Source: Eledone cirrhosa
Lineage: Eukaryota
DNA: 64,000 nt
Direction: 5' to 3'
Assembly (NCBI GenBank): GCA_964016885.1
Contig: OZ024757.1
Coordinates: 558,001-622,000 of the forward strand
Part shown: in pieces, positions 14,311-27,190 of the stretch
Layout of the letters: each line of letters opens with the position of its first letter
Position numbering within the stretch: the stretch's first letter is position 1
Program-made: the position numbers and the translations under genes
Notes under the pieces: model-generated
Database searches by the model: none
What the model was told of the DNA's origin: nothing
The model's input: only the letters and a program-made list of their open reading frames with translations

Positions 14311-16530
14311 CTAATTTCCTTTCTGAGAGAATGATTTACCATAGATATTACAGTGCCATGGCTTTTGTCCTGCCTGAATATATTTGTGAGTAGTTAAGCA
14401 AGTAGATAGAGAGGATGATTTCTCTCCTATATGGATGAGATTGTGTGTTGTTAAATGTCCTTCCAGAGAGAATGATTTACCACAGACATCACAGTGATAT
14501 GGTTTCTCTCCTGTATGGATGAGATTGTGTTTTGTTAAGTGTCCTTTCAGAGAGAATGATTTACCACAGACATCACAGTGGTATGGTTTCTCTCCTGTAT
14601 GAATACGTTTGTGATTTGTTAAGACATTATTTTGAGAGAATGATTTACCACAGATATCACAGTGATAGGGCTTCTCTCCTGTATGGATGAGATTGTGTGT
14701 TGCTAAGTGTCCTTTCAGAGAGAATGATTTACCACAGATATCACAGTGGTATGGTTTCTCTCCTGTATGAGTAAGATTGTGTGTTAATAAGCTTCCTTTC
14801 TGTGAAAATGACTTACCACAGATATTACAATGGTATGGCTTATCTCCTGTATGAGTAAGATTGTGTGTTAATAAGTTTCCTTTCTGTGAAAATGACTTAT
14901 CACAGGTATTACATTGATATGGCTTCTCTTCTGTATGAATAGATTTGTGATTTGTTAAGACATTATTTTGAGAGAATGATTTACCACAGATATCACAGTG
15001 GTATGGTTTCTCTCCTGTATGAATACGTTTGTGATTTGTTAAGACATTATTTTGAGAGAATGATTTACCACAGATATCACAGTGATAGGGCTTCTCTCCT
15101 GTATGGATGAGATTGTGTGTTGCTAAGTGTCCTTTCAGAGAGAATGCTTTACCACAGATACCACAGTGGTATGGTTTCTCTCCTGTATGAATACGTTTGT
15201 GATTTTTTAAGTCATTATTTTGAGAGAATGATTTACCACAGATATCACAGTGATAGGGCTTCTCTCCTGTATGGATGAGATTGTGTGTTGCTAAGTGTCC
15301 TTTCTGTGAAAATGATTTACCACAGATATCACAGTGGTATGGTTTCTCTCCTGTATGAGTAAGATTGTGTGTTAATAAGCTTCCTTTCTGTGAAAATGAC
15401 TTACCACAGATATTACAATGGTATGGCTTCTCTCCTGTATGAGTAAGATTGTGTGTTAATAAGTTTCCTTTCTGTGAAAATGATTTACCACAGATATTAC
15501 AGTGATATGGCTTCTCTTCTGTATGAATAGATTTGTGATTTGTTAAGACATTATTTTGAGAGAATAATTTACCACAGATATCACAGTGGTATGGTTTCTG
15601 TCCTGTATGAATACGTTTGTGATTTGTTAAGTCATTATTTTGAGAGAATGATTTACCACAGATATCACAGTGGTATGGTTTCTCTCCTGTATGAGTAAGA
15701 TTGTGTGTTAATAAGCTTCCTTTCTGTGAAAATGACTTACCACAGATATCACAATGGTATGGTTTCTCTCCTGTATGAGTAAGATTGTGTGTTAATAAGC
15801 TTCCTTTCTGTGAAAATGACTTACCACAGATATTACAGTGATATGGCTTCTCTCCTGTATGAGTGAGATTGTGTGTTAATAAGCTTCCTTTCTGTGAAAA
15901 TGACTTACCACAGATATTACAATGGTATCGCTTCTCTCCTGTATGAGTAAGATTGTGTGTTAATAAGCTTCCTTTCTGTGAAAATGAATTACCACAGATA
16001 TTACAATGGTATGGCTTCTCTCCTGTATGGATGAGATTGTGTGTTAATAAGCTTCCTTTCTGAGAGAATGATTTACCACAGATATCACAATGGTATGGCT
16101 TCTCTCCCGTATGAATACGTTTGTGATTTGTTAAGACATTATTTTGAGAGAATGATTTACCACAGATATTACAATGGTATGGTTTTTCTCCTGTATGGAT
16201 GAGATTGTGTATTGTTAAGTGTCCTTTCAGAGAGAATGACTTACCACAGATATTGCAGCGGTATGGTTTCTCTCCTGTATGAATACGTTTGTGATTTGTC
16301 AAGACATTATTACGAGAGAATGATTTACCACAGATATCACAGTGGTATGGTTTCTCTCCTGTATGGATGAGATTGTGTCTTGTTAAGTGTTCTTTCTGAG
16401 AGAATGATTTACCACAGATATCACAATGGTATGACTTCTCTCCTCTATTCTTTGTTATCTCATTAGGAATACTAATACCTTTAGGCAGTGTTTCACATTT
16501 AACCTTCTTCTCACCCAACTTATTTTCCAT
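14311..16530 (-). CDS. C2H2 zinc-finger protein with 24 tandem fingers, single coding exon (~739 aa from ATG MENK)
   Basis: Open frame with 24 CxxC-x12-HxxxH units and TGEKP linkers. The ORF-track start at 16551 is TTG; the first ATG at 16530 aligns with the paralog start. No KRAB/SCAN/BTB/ZAD domain visible. Confidence 0.93.
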   Translation of the reverse strand: MENKLGEKKVKCETLPKGISIPNEITKNRGEKSYHCDICGKSFSQKEHLTRHNLIHTGEKPYHCDICGKSFSRNNVLTNHKRIHTGEKPYRCNICGKSFSLKGHLTIHNLIHTGEKPYHCNICGKSFSQNNVLTNHKRIHTGEKPYHCDICGKSFSQKGSLLTHNLIHTGEKPYHCNICGNSFSQKGSLLTHNLTHTGEKRYHCNICGKSFSQKGSLLTHNLTHTGEKPYHCNICGKSFSQKGSLLTHNLTHTGEKPYHCDICGKSFSQKGSLLTHNLTHTGEKPYHCDICGKSFSQNNDLTNHKRIHTGQKPYHCDICGKLFSQNNVLTNHKSIHTEEKPYHCNICGKSFSQKGNLLTHNLTHTGEKPYHCNICGKSFSQKGSLLTHNLTHTGEKPYHCDICGKSFSQKGHLATHNLIHTGEKPYHCDICGKSFSQNNDLKNHKRIHTGEKPYHCGICGKAFSLKGHLATHNLIHTGEKPYHCDICGKSFSQNNVLTNHKRIHTGEKPYHCDICGKSFSQNNVLTNHKSIHTEEKPYQCNTCDKSFSQKGNLLTHNLTHTGDKPYHCNICGKSFSQKGSLLTHNLTHTGEKPYHCDICGKSFSLKGHLATHNLIHTGEKPYHCDICGKSFSQNNVLTNHKRIHTGEKPYHCDVCGKSFSLKGHLTKHNLIHTGEKPYHCDVCGKSFSLEGHLTTHNLIHIGEKSSSLSTCLTTHKYIQAGQKPWHCNIYGKSFSQKGN

Positions 16531-16887
16531 AATGTCTCTTCTTCTCACCAAAGTATATAGACGTTTTTCTTGCGTTATATTTATATTATATTTCTAGAAA
16601 TATTGTCTGATTCTATATTTCTATCAACGTTGATCTCAGTTAATATCTGAAGATTATGAAAACTTCTTTGTCATCCAAGTTTAATTAAAATACAAAATCT
16701 TCATTCGAGATAGTGAAGAAACGAACATTTGCCAATAAACTCACTTCTGATGAAATATTTTACAGTAAGTCAGTCATAGATTTATATAAACAGTGTTATA
16801 TCAGTTCTGTATAAAACACTTTAGTCTTTGATGATAAATGTTGATGTATCCAAGGTTTAAAAATTTATCCCAATGTCATCTGGTATT

Positions 16888-16907
16888 CTGAAATAAGAAA
16901 GAAACAG
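16888..16907 (-). promoter_or_regulatory. Splice acceptor of the ZNF coding exon
   Basis: Minus strand ctgtttctttcttatttcag|AATACCAG; the same site occurs at 47058-47077 above the second ZNF. Confidence 0.7.
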
Positions 16908-17044
16908 TATGAGATAATAGAGAATACTTAAAAACTAGAGATAGATTTATTAGTGAAAATTTTAGACTTTTATATCAATAATCTCTAGATATAGACCTTT
17001 AATTGAAAAATCAACTTACTTTAGTTTTTAATTTGTTATCAATA

Positions 17045-17763
17045 TTACATCATACAACCTTGTATGATATCTATATATACAGACATATATACATATGTCA
17101 ATGTTACATCGTACAACCTTGTGTAATGTCTATATATACAGACATATATATATATATTACATTATATAACCTTGTGTAATGTCTATATATATAGACATAA
17201 ATATATATATGTTACATTATACAACCTTGTGTGATGTCTATATATACAGACATGTATATACATATGTCAATATTACATTATACAACCTTGTGTAATGTCT
17301 ATATATATACAGACATATATATATTGCATTATACCACCTTGTGTAATGTCTATATATATATATATATACAGACATATATATATTGCATTATACAACCTTG
17401 TGTAATGTCTATATATATATACAGACATATATATATTACATTATACAACCTTGTGTAATGTCTATATATATATATATATATATATCTCTCGTTCACCATT
17501 TCACCGAATTTAAATTCATAGAAATTTGGGACTTGACTCCTTCTTCCTCACTTTTCGTTGCTTCACCATTTTTGTTTGTTTACACTCGTGTTCCCTTTAT
17601 TTACGTGTCCCAACGACTTTTTTTAGCCGTTGCTCACACCAACCGCAGGTATATGGTCTTTAAAGCGATGAAATACCAATGATGGTTGGAAGATCACTGA
17701 TGAAGGACTAACTTTATTCATATGTAACCCATTAGCAACCCCGCAGCACGTTTTTCTCATATT

Positions 17764-17802
<39 letters not shown>

Positions 17803-18535
17803 GTCAATATTACATTATACAACCTTGTGTAATGTCTATATATATAGACATATATATACATATGTCAATATTACATTATACAACCTTGTGTAATGTCTAT
17901 ATATAGACATATATATACACATGTTACATTATACAACCTTGTGTAATGTCTATATATATATATAGACATATATATACATATGTTACATTATACAACCTTG
18001 TGTAATGTCTATATATAGACATATATATACATATGTTACATTATACAACCTTGTGTAATGTCTATATATATATAGACATATATATACACATGTTACATTA
18101 TACAACCTTGTGTAATGTCTATATATAGACATATATATACATATGTTACATTATACAACCTTGTGTAATGTCTATATATATATAGACATATATATACATA
18201 TGTTACATTATACAACCTTGTGTAATGTCTATATATATATAGACATATATATACATATGTTACATTATACAACCTTGTGTAATGTCTATATATATATAGA
18301 CATATATATACATATGTTACATTATACAACCTTGTGTAATGTCTATATATAGACATATATATACACATGTTACATTATACAACCTTGTGTAATGTCTATA
18401 TATATATATAGACATATATATACATATGTTACATTATACAACCTTGTGTAATGTCTATATATATATAGACATATATATACATATGTTACATTATACAACC
18501 TTGTGTAATGTCTATATATAGACATATATACATTT
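17045..18535. repeat. ~50-bp AT-rich minisatellite with internal palindromes
   Basis: Unit GTTACATTATACAACCTTGTGTAATGTC(TA)nGACATATATATACATAT; interrupted at 17487-17762. Confidence 0.95.
17487..17762. mobile_element. Unclassified ~275-bp insertion within (TA)n of the minisatellite
   Basis: Non-repetitive block flanked on both sides by TA runs and by minisatellite units. Confidence 0.5.
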
Positions 18536-18631
18536 GTCAATGTCTGTCAGTCTGGTGCATTGCTCCAGCCACAAATCTCATCAGTAGTTCACAATAGGCT
18601 TTCAATAATATATATATATACATATATATAT

Positions 18632-18714
18632 GGAACTAGCTGTTCCAATGGCAAGCTGTCAGCTCAGTTGTCATGCTCTACTATCTCAAGTATTGAGTAC
18701 TCTGTAGAATAATG

Positions 18715-18718
<4 letters not shown>
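18632..18718 (+). mobile_element. Degenerate remnant related to the 33.2/61.4-kb hairpin element
   Basis: gaactagctgt...ctctactatctcaagtattgagtactctg..aatggtc matches ctctactaccctaagtatcgagtactctg..tatggtc; flanked by TA runs. Confidence 0.55.
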
Positions 18719-18760
<42 letters not shown>

Positions 18761-19299
18761 AACCTGTCGAGAGTTATGAATCAGAATTTGTCGAATCTTA
18801 CTGTTGCCGAATTGTTGTTTTGAGAAATGTAATGTATTTCACTTCATTTCCTTGTCTCTCCATCTTTCTTGGTCTAATTTACCTATCAGTATTTATATTG
18901 TCCCTTTAACTTTTCATAATGATGGTCAAATCTGTAGGTCCTTTATAAAAATAATCTTCTCGTTAACTCCCCCCACGCCACCATTACTATTTGGTCCAAT
19001 CATAATTCAGTGGCTTATAATTATGTTTCTCTTACCAATCTCTTCCACAAAACCACTGCCTCGGCTATCACTCCTTAAGTTTAGACTTGGTTGCTTTTGA
19101 TATGCTAGATGGACTATAGAATTTGGAGAGTTTGTAGAATCTGGACACTCAATGACAATGTCAAAGATAAAGATAAATGTTGCCGGACGAGAATGCAAGG
19201 ACTCCTCTCTATTTCAGACACGGATGGCTGAACATAACCTCATCTCCCTCACCCCTCCCTGCACCACCAACCCGTCCCTTCCACCTCAACAAGGTTGTA

Positions 19300-21960
19300 G
19301 AGATGCTTCAACATGAGGAAGTTGATGTGTGTTGTGTCCAAGAGACCAGGTAGAGGGGTGGGTCTGCTAGATTTATTGTGGGTAAAATACGATGCTATAA
19401 ACTTTTCTGGGTGGGAAATTACAAAGGGCTGGGTGGAGTAGAAATTATGTTAGCTGAAAAATGGGTAGATAAGGTAATTGACGTAAATACAGTGAATGAC
19501 AGAATATTTTAAATAAGACTTGTCCTAAATAGAACTACCTGGCATTATAAAAGATTCTATGAGTCGCTAAAGCTCACTACCTCCCAAATAAACGACAGTG
19601 ATTACATAATTATTGCTGGCGACTTAAATAGTCATGTTGGACAACATTGTGACGGCTATGACAGAAACCATGGTGGCTATGGGTTTGGTACTAGAAATGA
19701 GGAAGGCTTCAGAATCCTGGAATTCTGTAACACAAACTTCAAAAAAGGAGACAATCACTTGATCACCTATAGATCAGGGGAACATGCCAGTCAGATAGAT
19801 TATATCCTTACCAGAAGACGTGACAGAGTGTCTATTGTAAAAACTAAATCCCTCCCCCGTGAAGAATGCACCTCCCAACATAGCCTCATAGTTAGTGACC
19901 TCATAGTCAGGACTAGACATACTCAACAATAAAAGAATACCTTGAGGAGAAGAATATGGAAGTTGAAGGACCCCTCAGCCAGTAACAAATTTAAAAGCAT
20001 ATTACTTGATGCTTTTGACAGTAAGAAAGAGCAATTAGAGATATACAATATAGAGGAATAGGGGGAATTCCTGAAAGTTAACCTGCTGAAGGCAAAAGAT
20101 GAGATCAGTGGCTGGAGTAGACCTATAGGCAGGAAGAGAGTAACGTGGTGGTGGAACAGTAAGGTAGAGGAGTCAATCAAGGCCAAAAAGCAGGCTTGGA
20201 AAGTATGGCGAGATGGGGGAAGTAGAGAACACTATCAAGTGGCCAGGAGAGAAGCTAGGAAACACATATAGTTTGCAAGAAGGGAAGCAGAGGAAAGAAA
20301 GTTCAAGCATGTTCTACAACGCGAGGACCAAAAACGTGAGGTGTTCAGGATGGCTAGGCAATGTGTCAAGGAAAACCGTGATATTGTCGGGGAGAAGTGT
20401 GAGCGTAATGATGATGGTGTACTTGCCATCACTGATGCTGATAAGAAAGTAGCTTGGAAGTGTCACTACGAGAGACTACTAAATGAGGAGAATAAATGTA
20501 AAAAAGATAGTCTACCCCAAATTGATCCAATAGAGGGACCAGCAGTGCAAGTTAAAGGTAGTATAATAAGTAAGGCAATCAAAGATATGAAGACAAGCAA
20601 GGCAGCTGGGCCTTCAGGGATAGTTGCTGAAATGCTCAAAGCATCTGGAATGGTGGGACACACTATGGTCATCCGGATAGTAAACCAAGTCATACAGAAT
20701 GGGAATATACCAAAACTGGCGTAGCAACATCATCATTAACTGCTACAAGGGTAAAGGAGATGCCCTAGATAGGGGAAACTATAGAGGCATTAAATTAGTT
20801 GACCAGGTCATGAAGGTCACAGAAAGAGTTATAGCACAACTAAGCAGAGAGCAAATTGATCTAGATGAAATTCAGTTTGGGTTTGTGTTAGGTAAAAGTA
20901 CCACAGATGCTCTTTTCCTTGTACAACAACTACAAAAGTTACCTAGCTAAAAGTAAACCCCTATACTTAGCTTTTGTTGACTTGGAGAAAGCCTTTAACA
21001 GAGTCCCCCGCTCCATTATCTGGTGGGCTCTTAGAAAACTAGGTGTTGATGAATGGCTTGTGAGAGCTATACAAGCCATGTATAAAGAAACAGTCAGCAA
21101 GGTTAGAATTAATGAATATAGTGAAGAATTTAGCGTAAAAGTTGGTGTTCATTAAGGCTCTGTCTTTAGCCCCCTCCTATTTATTATTGGCGTTCAGGCT
21201 ATAACAGAGGAGTTCAAGACTGGCTGCCAATGGGAACTTCTATATGCAGATGATCTAACTCTCATAGCAGAATCGATGGGTGAACTAGAGAAGAAATTCC
21301 AAACATGGAAGCATGGCCTAGAATCAAAAGGCCTTAAAGTTAGCTTGTCTAAGACTAAAGTTCTAGTATGTAGAAAGGAAAATAGGGCACAGGCTACCTC
21401 TGGGAAATGGCCATGCTCAAAATCAGCAGTGGTGGAGGGTGCTCTGAAAGTACAGTAGCCAGAGTCAGAACGGGATGGAAAAAGTTCAGAGAGCTTATAC
21501 CACTATTGGCCACTAAAGGTTTCTCTCTAAAAATGAAAGGCAGATTGTATGATGCCTGCATACGAACAGCAATGTTACATGGCAGTGAGACATGGGCACT
21601 GTGTGCAGAGGACCTGCACAGACTGGAGAGGAACGAAGCATGCATGCTCCGTTGGATGTGTAATTGTAATATACGTGAACGACAAAGGATAAATGAATTA
21701 AGTGAGAAATTAGGAATAAGAGGGATCAGATGCTGTTTACTCGAGAGAAGACTATGTTGGTATCGTCATGTGATGTGCATGAAAAACGACAGCTGTATAA
21801 AAAAGTGCAGGGCGATCAGAATTGATGGAAGTTACGGAGTAGGTAGACCCAGTAAAACCTGAGACGATTTGATCAATTCCGACCTTACACATTTACACCT
21901 CTCTAAGACAATGTCACTGAATCGAGATCATTGGCGCTACATAGTAATACAGAAGACCCG
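19300..21960 (+). mobile_element. Near full-length degenerate RTE LINE (AP endonuclease + RT)
   Basis: CCVQETR, AGDLNSHVG and QIDYIL endonuclease motifs; NYRGIKL, QFGF, AFVDLEKAF and LYADDL RT motifs; several stops and frameshifts. Confidence 0.92.
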
Positions 21961-22134
21961 CCTTACCTATATACAAAGCAAAACCTACAGTCAGTAGGCA
22001 CCTCTTAACCAAATATACACCCCCATTCCACTACCCCCCTTTCTCTATAAAGTAATGTTGGTACAACAACATACAGTCCAAATAAATGAGATAATGAGAT
22101 CGAGATCATGTAAGTGTCACTACAAAAACACACA

Positions 22135-22355
22135 GTCCACACTGTAATGTGGCTGTGTAGGTAACACGGCAGAAACCTGGCAGTCCACACTGTAAACGTT
22201 GTTGGTGTTAGGAAGGGCATCCAGCTGTAGAAAACCTGCCAGATACAGTCCTATAAGAGCGAGACACGTTGACCTGACCAATCTTGCCTCAAGTGGGACA
22301 ATTCCCATCTAAACCCATGCTAGCGTGGAAGATAGATGTTAAACAATGATGATGA
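22135..22355 (+). mobile_element. RTE-type 3' UTR / SINE tail ending in (GAT)n
   Basis: ttggtgttaggaagggcatccagctgtagaaa...aatgatgatgat, shared with the SINE tail at 63.28-63.39 kb. Confidence 0.7.
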
Positions 22356-22707
22356 TTGAGATGATAGGTTTCTTATAAGCAGTTGATATACCGTAAGCTC
22401 TTGAGAATAAGCTGGTCCTAGTGATCCAAAAGCACTTCACATCAGTAGTTTATCCCAGGTAGGTGTTGGTAATTAGGAGAGACAGAGTAATGATTTATCA
22501 AATAAGAGTAGTTAAGATGGGATTAATTCACCATAATTGTTTATTGCATGATATATATTTCTGTGATATGGTTATTCATGTGACTTTATCAGATTCTTAC
22601 ACAATCATAGTTACAGTTATGTAATGATTGGGATATGTCAGTGGGCATGTATAACTATCCTGTAGTAATGTCAGCTGGCATATGTATCATGAATAGTAGT
22701 AGTAGTG

Positions 22708-24682
22708 AAATAACAAGGAATGATATGAGAGGTTATTGACTACTGGTAATGATATAACAAGGAATGATATGACAGGCTATTGACTACTGGTAGTGATATA
22801 ACAAGGAATGATATGACAGGCTATTGACTACTGGTAGTGATATAACAAGGAATGATATGACAGGCTATTGACTACTGTTAGTGATATAACAAGGAATGAT
22901 ATGACAGGTTATTGACTATTGGTAGTGATATAACAAGGAATGATATGACAGGCTATTGACTACTGGTAGTGATATAACAAGGAATGATATGACAGGCTAT
23001 TGACTACTGGTAGTGATATAACAAGGAATGATATGACAGGTTATTGACTACTGGTAGTAGTGATATGACAAGGAATGATATGACAGGTTATTGGCTACTG
23101 GTAGTGGTATAACAAGGAATGATATGACAGGTTATTGACTACTGGTAGTGATATAACAAGGAATGATATGACAGGCTATTGACTACTGCTAGTGATATAA
23201 CAAGGAATGATATGACAGGTTATTGACTATTGGTAGTGATATAACAAGGAATGATATGACAGGCTATTGACTACTGGTAGTGATATAACAAGGAATGATA
23301 TGACAGGCTATTGACTACTGGTAGTGATATAACAAGGAATGATATGACAGGCTATTGACTACTGGTAGTGATATAACAAGGAATGATATGACAGGCTATT
23401 GACTACTGGTAGTGATATAACAAGGAATGATATGAGAGGCTATTGACTACTGGTAGTGATATAACAAGGAATGATATGACAGGCTATTGACTACTGGTAG
23501 TGATATAACAAGGAATGATATGAGAGGCTATTGACTACTGGTAGTGATATAACAAGGAATGATATGACAGGCTATTGACTACTGGTAGTGATATAACAAG
23601 GAATGATATGAAAGGTTATTGACTACTGGTAGTGATATAACAAGGAATGATATGACAGGTTATTGACTACTGGTAGTAGTGATATGACAAGGAATGATAT
23701 GACAGGTTATTGGCTACTGGTAGTGGTATAACAAGGAATGATATGACAGGTTATTGACTACTGGTAGTGATATAACAAGGAATGATATGACAGGCTATTG
23801 ACTACTGCTAGTGATATAACAAGGAATGATATGACAGGTTATTGACTACTGGTAGTGATATAACAAGGAATGATATGACAGGTTATTGACTACTGGTAGT
23901 GATATAACAAGGAATGATATGAGAGGTTATTGACTACTGGTAGTGATATAACAAGGAATGATATGACAGGTTATTGACTACTGGTAGTGATATAACAAGG
24001 AATGATATGACAGGCTATTGACTACTGGTAGTGATATAACAAGGAATGATATGACAGGTTATTGACTACTGGTAGTAGTGATATAACAAGGAATGATATG
24101 ACAGGTTATTGGCTACTGGTAGTGATATAACAAGGAATGATATGACAGTCTATTGACTACTGGTAGTGATATAACAAGGAATGATATGACAGGCTATTGA
24201 CTACTGGTAGTGATATAACAAGGAATATGACATGACAGGCTATTGACTACTGGTAGTGATATAACAAGGAATGATATGACAGGCTATTGACTAATGGTAG
24301 TGATATAACAAGGAATGATATGACAGGCTATTGACTACTGGTAGTGATATAACAAGGAATATGACATGACAGGCTATTGACTACTGGTAGTGATATAACA
24401 AGGAATGATATGACAGGCTATTGACTACTGGTAGTGATATAACAAGGAATGATATGAGAGGCTATTGACTACTGGTAGTGATATAACAAGGAATGATATG
24501 ACAGGTTATTGACTACTGGTAGTGATATAACAAGTAATGATATGAGAGGTTATTGACTACTATCAGTAGTGATATAACAAGGAATGATATAACAGGTTAT
24601 TGGCTACTATCAGTAGTGATATAACAAGGAATGATATGAGAGGTTATTGACTATTGGTAGTGATTTAACAAGGAATGATATG
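22708..24682. repeat. 44-bp minisatellite (~45 units)
   Basis: Unit GATATAACAAGGAATGATATGACAGG(C/T)TATTGACTACTGGTAGT, highly homogeneous. Confidence 0.97.
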
Positions 24683-24703
24683 TGATAAAAAGGCAAATAA
24701 TTA

Positions 24704-25018
24704 TGTCTTCTAATTAATGTAACAATCTTCTTGGACGATAATATCTCCCTCAAGGAAATGGAGAAATTATCTAAATATAAATATCTAGAGGTAGAAATAA
24801 TTCAAATGTGGATAGTGAAAACAGAAACAATACCTGTAATAATAGTTGCTCTGGGAATAAAAACAAAACAGAAAGACACATAACAGAAACCTCACAACTT
24901 ACACACACACACACACATATATATATAACAGAAAGTAGCACTACACACACACACACATATATATATATATAACAGAAAGTAGCACTACTAGCTACTACAC
25001 ATATATTACATAGAGTAC
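24704..25018 (+). mobile_element. R4/Dong-type non-LTR retrotransposon, restriction-like endonuclease C-terminal fragment
   Basis: Manual translation CLLINVTIFLDDNISLKEMEKLSKYKYLEVEIIQMWIVKTETIPVIIVALG ... QKVALLATTHIL, typical of the EKxxKYxDL..MW..IPIIVGALG motif. Confidence 0.75.
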
Positions 25019-25442
25019 CCCCAGGACTTACATATACATGATCGTGTCCACAAGACATGTATCAGACGGTGTTTCAGCTAACTCTATTAGAACCCTATTA
25101 TGTACAGCCACCAACAAATGTCCCTTCACCATCAAAGCAACCCCCTGATATACAATCCCTACTTGTCTGACTAATCCTGACATAGTCATACTTGTTTCTA
25201 CTTTTGGTACAAGGCCAGCAATTATCACAGTGTATTACTGGTACTTTAGTCAATGAAACGAAACCCACGTTTAAATAAGTTTCAACCATAAGTAGATGAA
25301 GTGAACTAAATTGAAAGTGATTTAGACTAAAACGACGATAACTTTAATTTACGTCAAACAGCGAGGTACAGTTAAATATAAAATATATTTTATAATATAA
25401 GGTAGTAAATAACATAATAAATAGACAGAGGTAATAGAAATA

Positions 25443-25632
25443 ATTGTTTTTACTTTTGGCACAAGGCCAGCAATTATTCTAGTGTATTACTGGTACTTTA
25501 TTTTATCGACCCGTTTAGGATGAAAGGCAAAGTTAACCTCGGCGGGTCTTGAACTCAGTCCGTAAAGGGACGTAACTGTGCTACAAAGCATGGCGTCCGA
25601 CCCTCTACTGATACTGCCAATCCACCGCCCTT
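25443..25632 (-). mobile_element. tRNA-derived SINE with Nin/Deu-like central domain
   Basis: Minus strand has A-box-like TGGCAGTATCAGTAG, B-box GAGTTCAAGACC, then gccgaggttaactttgcctttcatcct..gtcgataaaataaagtaccag. A 3' fragment is also at 25193-25250. Confidence 0.85.
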
Positions 25633-25719
25633 GAAATAATAAAGACAGTCATGATAACAATATATTTTATATTACATGTAACAGTGGAATCTGTCTATTG
25701 AAAAATAACCCATTTCAGT

Positions 25720-26650
25720 TTGGAAGTATTTTTCTCTATATATAAAATGACGAGGTTGAAATATCTTTTCTCAGTGTTGTTATATATTTTCACTTTTATA
25801 TAATTACTGTATCGTTGAAAGGTTCACATAATTCTATTTTTTACATACATTAATATAGACTTCAAATGAATCTTTGTCAACTTACCTCCTTCATATATAA
25901 TCAATGTGTTGTGTTGTTAGATTTTACTAAGCAACAAAAGAAATAATCTCTTTGTTGTTAAATTAGAAATTTCAAAGATGTTATCAGCTTTATTTCAGGA
26001 CATCAACGTTGGTGTAACTTCTTCATATTTAGTCATGAATTGATATCTTGTCAGAATAAAGTAGTGAGGCCAACTTTATGTCTTTAGCCCGAGATTTGAT
26101 AGGAAATATGTATATATTAGGTTGATATGTGGTTTAAATATATATATTGTCCACAAATGACTGATATCAGATATTCTGGTGAAATAGACGTTTTTCTACT
26201 ACAGATTATAATGGAACTCTGAGTAGACACAATTGTAAAGTAAGAATAGATATGACAGTATAAGACTGATGTCAGGGAAAGAAAATTATGTGTGTATATA
26301 TATATTTAATTGTTACACAAGATATAATTAGACTAATTAAAGTTGTAATGAAGACAGCAGGTAAGCGGTGTCGTTGACAATGTTTCAACTTTCTTACCGG
26401 TGTCGTACGTTAAAAGTCCCTGATATAATTTAATTCATTCAATCACATTTCCAATCGTATCTAATTGATGGTAAATCGAAAAGTATCACTCAGTTAAATA
26501 TCGATAAGGAAACATCTACGTAGTATCTCACACTGCTAGAAATAGCAGCTAAATTATCTTTTACAGCTTTGTTTTTTGTTTAGACTCTCTTAATTTTGGT
26601 TATACAATCAACAACAGTAAGTCTTTTGTTCAGACTTCGGAATAAGGTCG
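25720..26650 (-). other. Conserved ZNF 5' block, copy 1: putative non-coding exons and promoter
   Basis: Repeated at 36.65-37.2, 40.98-41.9 and 51.4-51.9 kb. Minus-strand donors CCG|GTAAGA (26397) and GAG|GTAAGT (25885); acceptor tttctttccctgacatcag (26266). Confidence 0.5.
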
Positions 26651-27074
26651 TAGACCGTCAGGACATGCACGTGTGTGTTAATATATATATATATATAAAT
26701 ACATGTTGAGAAACATGCGTTAGGGGTTAGATCGAAAGGTGATGTGTTGTGTCCTTTAGCAAGACACTTTATTGCCAAGCTGTATCGGTCAAAGTGGGTC
26801 TTTGATATATATATAAAATAGAGGTGTGACACACGAGTTGTGATATATTAGTAAAAAGGAAAAGAAAATGCTGACAAATTTTTCCCAGTGAAAAATAGTT
26901 TAATTCGGAATAAGTATTAATTAGTATTTAGTTTTAAGTTTTTACCGGTTGCGCATTTCTTATGCTTTTCAAAAATAATTTTGAGATAGAGTGGTTATTA
27001 TTTTTGCTCTGATCTGATCAGTTTTGGAAATTCTTACTGTTTTATGTGAAAAAAAGTGGCTTGGCAGGCATTAA

Positions 27075-27190
27075 AATTTGGTTGGTTGTTGAATGTCACG
27101 TAAATAAGCACTATAAAATTTGCGCCAATTCGTGTGGCAAAAATTCTTGTAGTCAAAACAATATTGATTGGTCGGTAGAAGTCACGTGAA
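27075..27190. promoter_or_regulatory. Possible promoter: two CCAAT-like + GTCACGTG(A) E-box pairs
   Basis: tttggttggttgttgaatgtcacgta and gattggtcggtagaagtcacgtga, locally CpG-rich, upstream of the 5' block. Confidence 0.35.

Noticed and set aside
16531-16551. N-terminal extension MVRRRDI from the ORF track
   Set aside because: It starts at TTG. The paralog alignment supports the ATG at 16530.
17695-17760. Hammerhead at CTGATGAAGG
   Set aside because: No stem II closing onto a GAAA was found downstream. The same applies to CTGATGA at ~16748, ~33562 and ~61998.
22708-24682. CRISPR-like array
   Set aside because: Head-to-tail repeats with no spacers.
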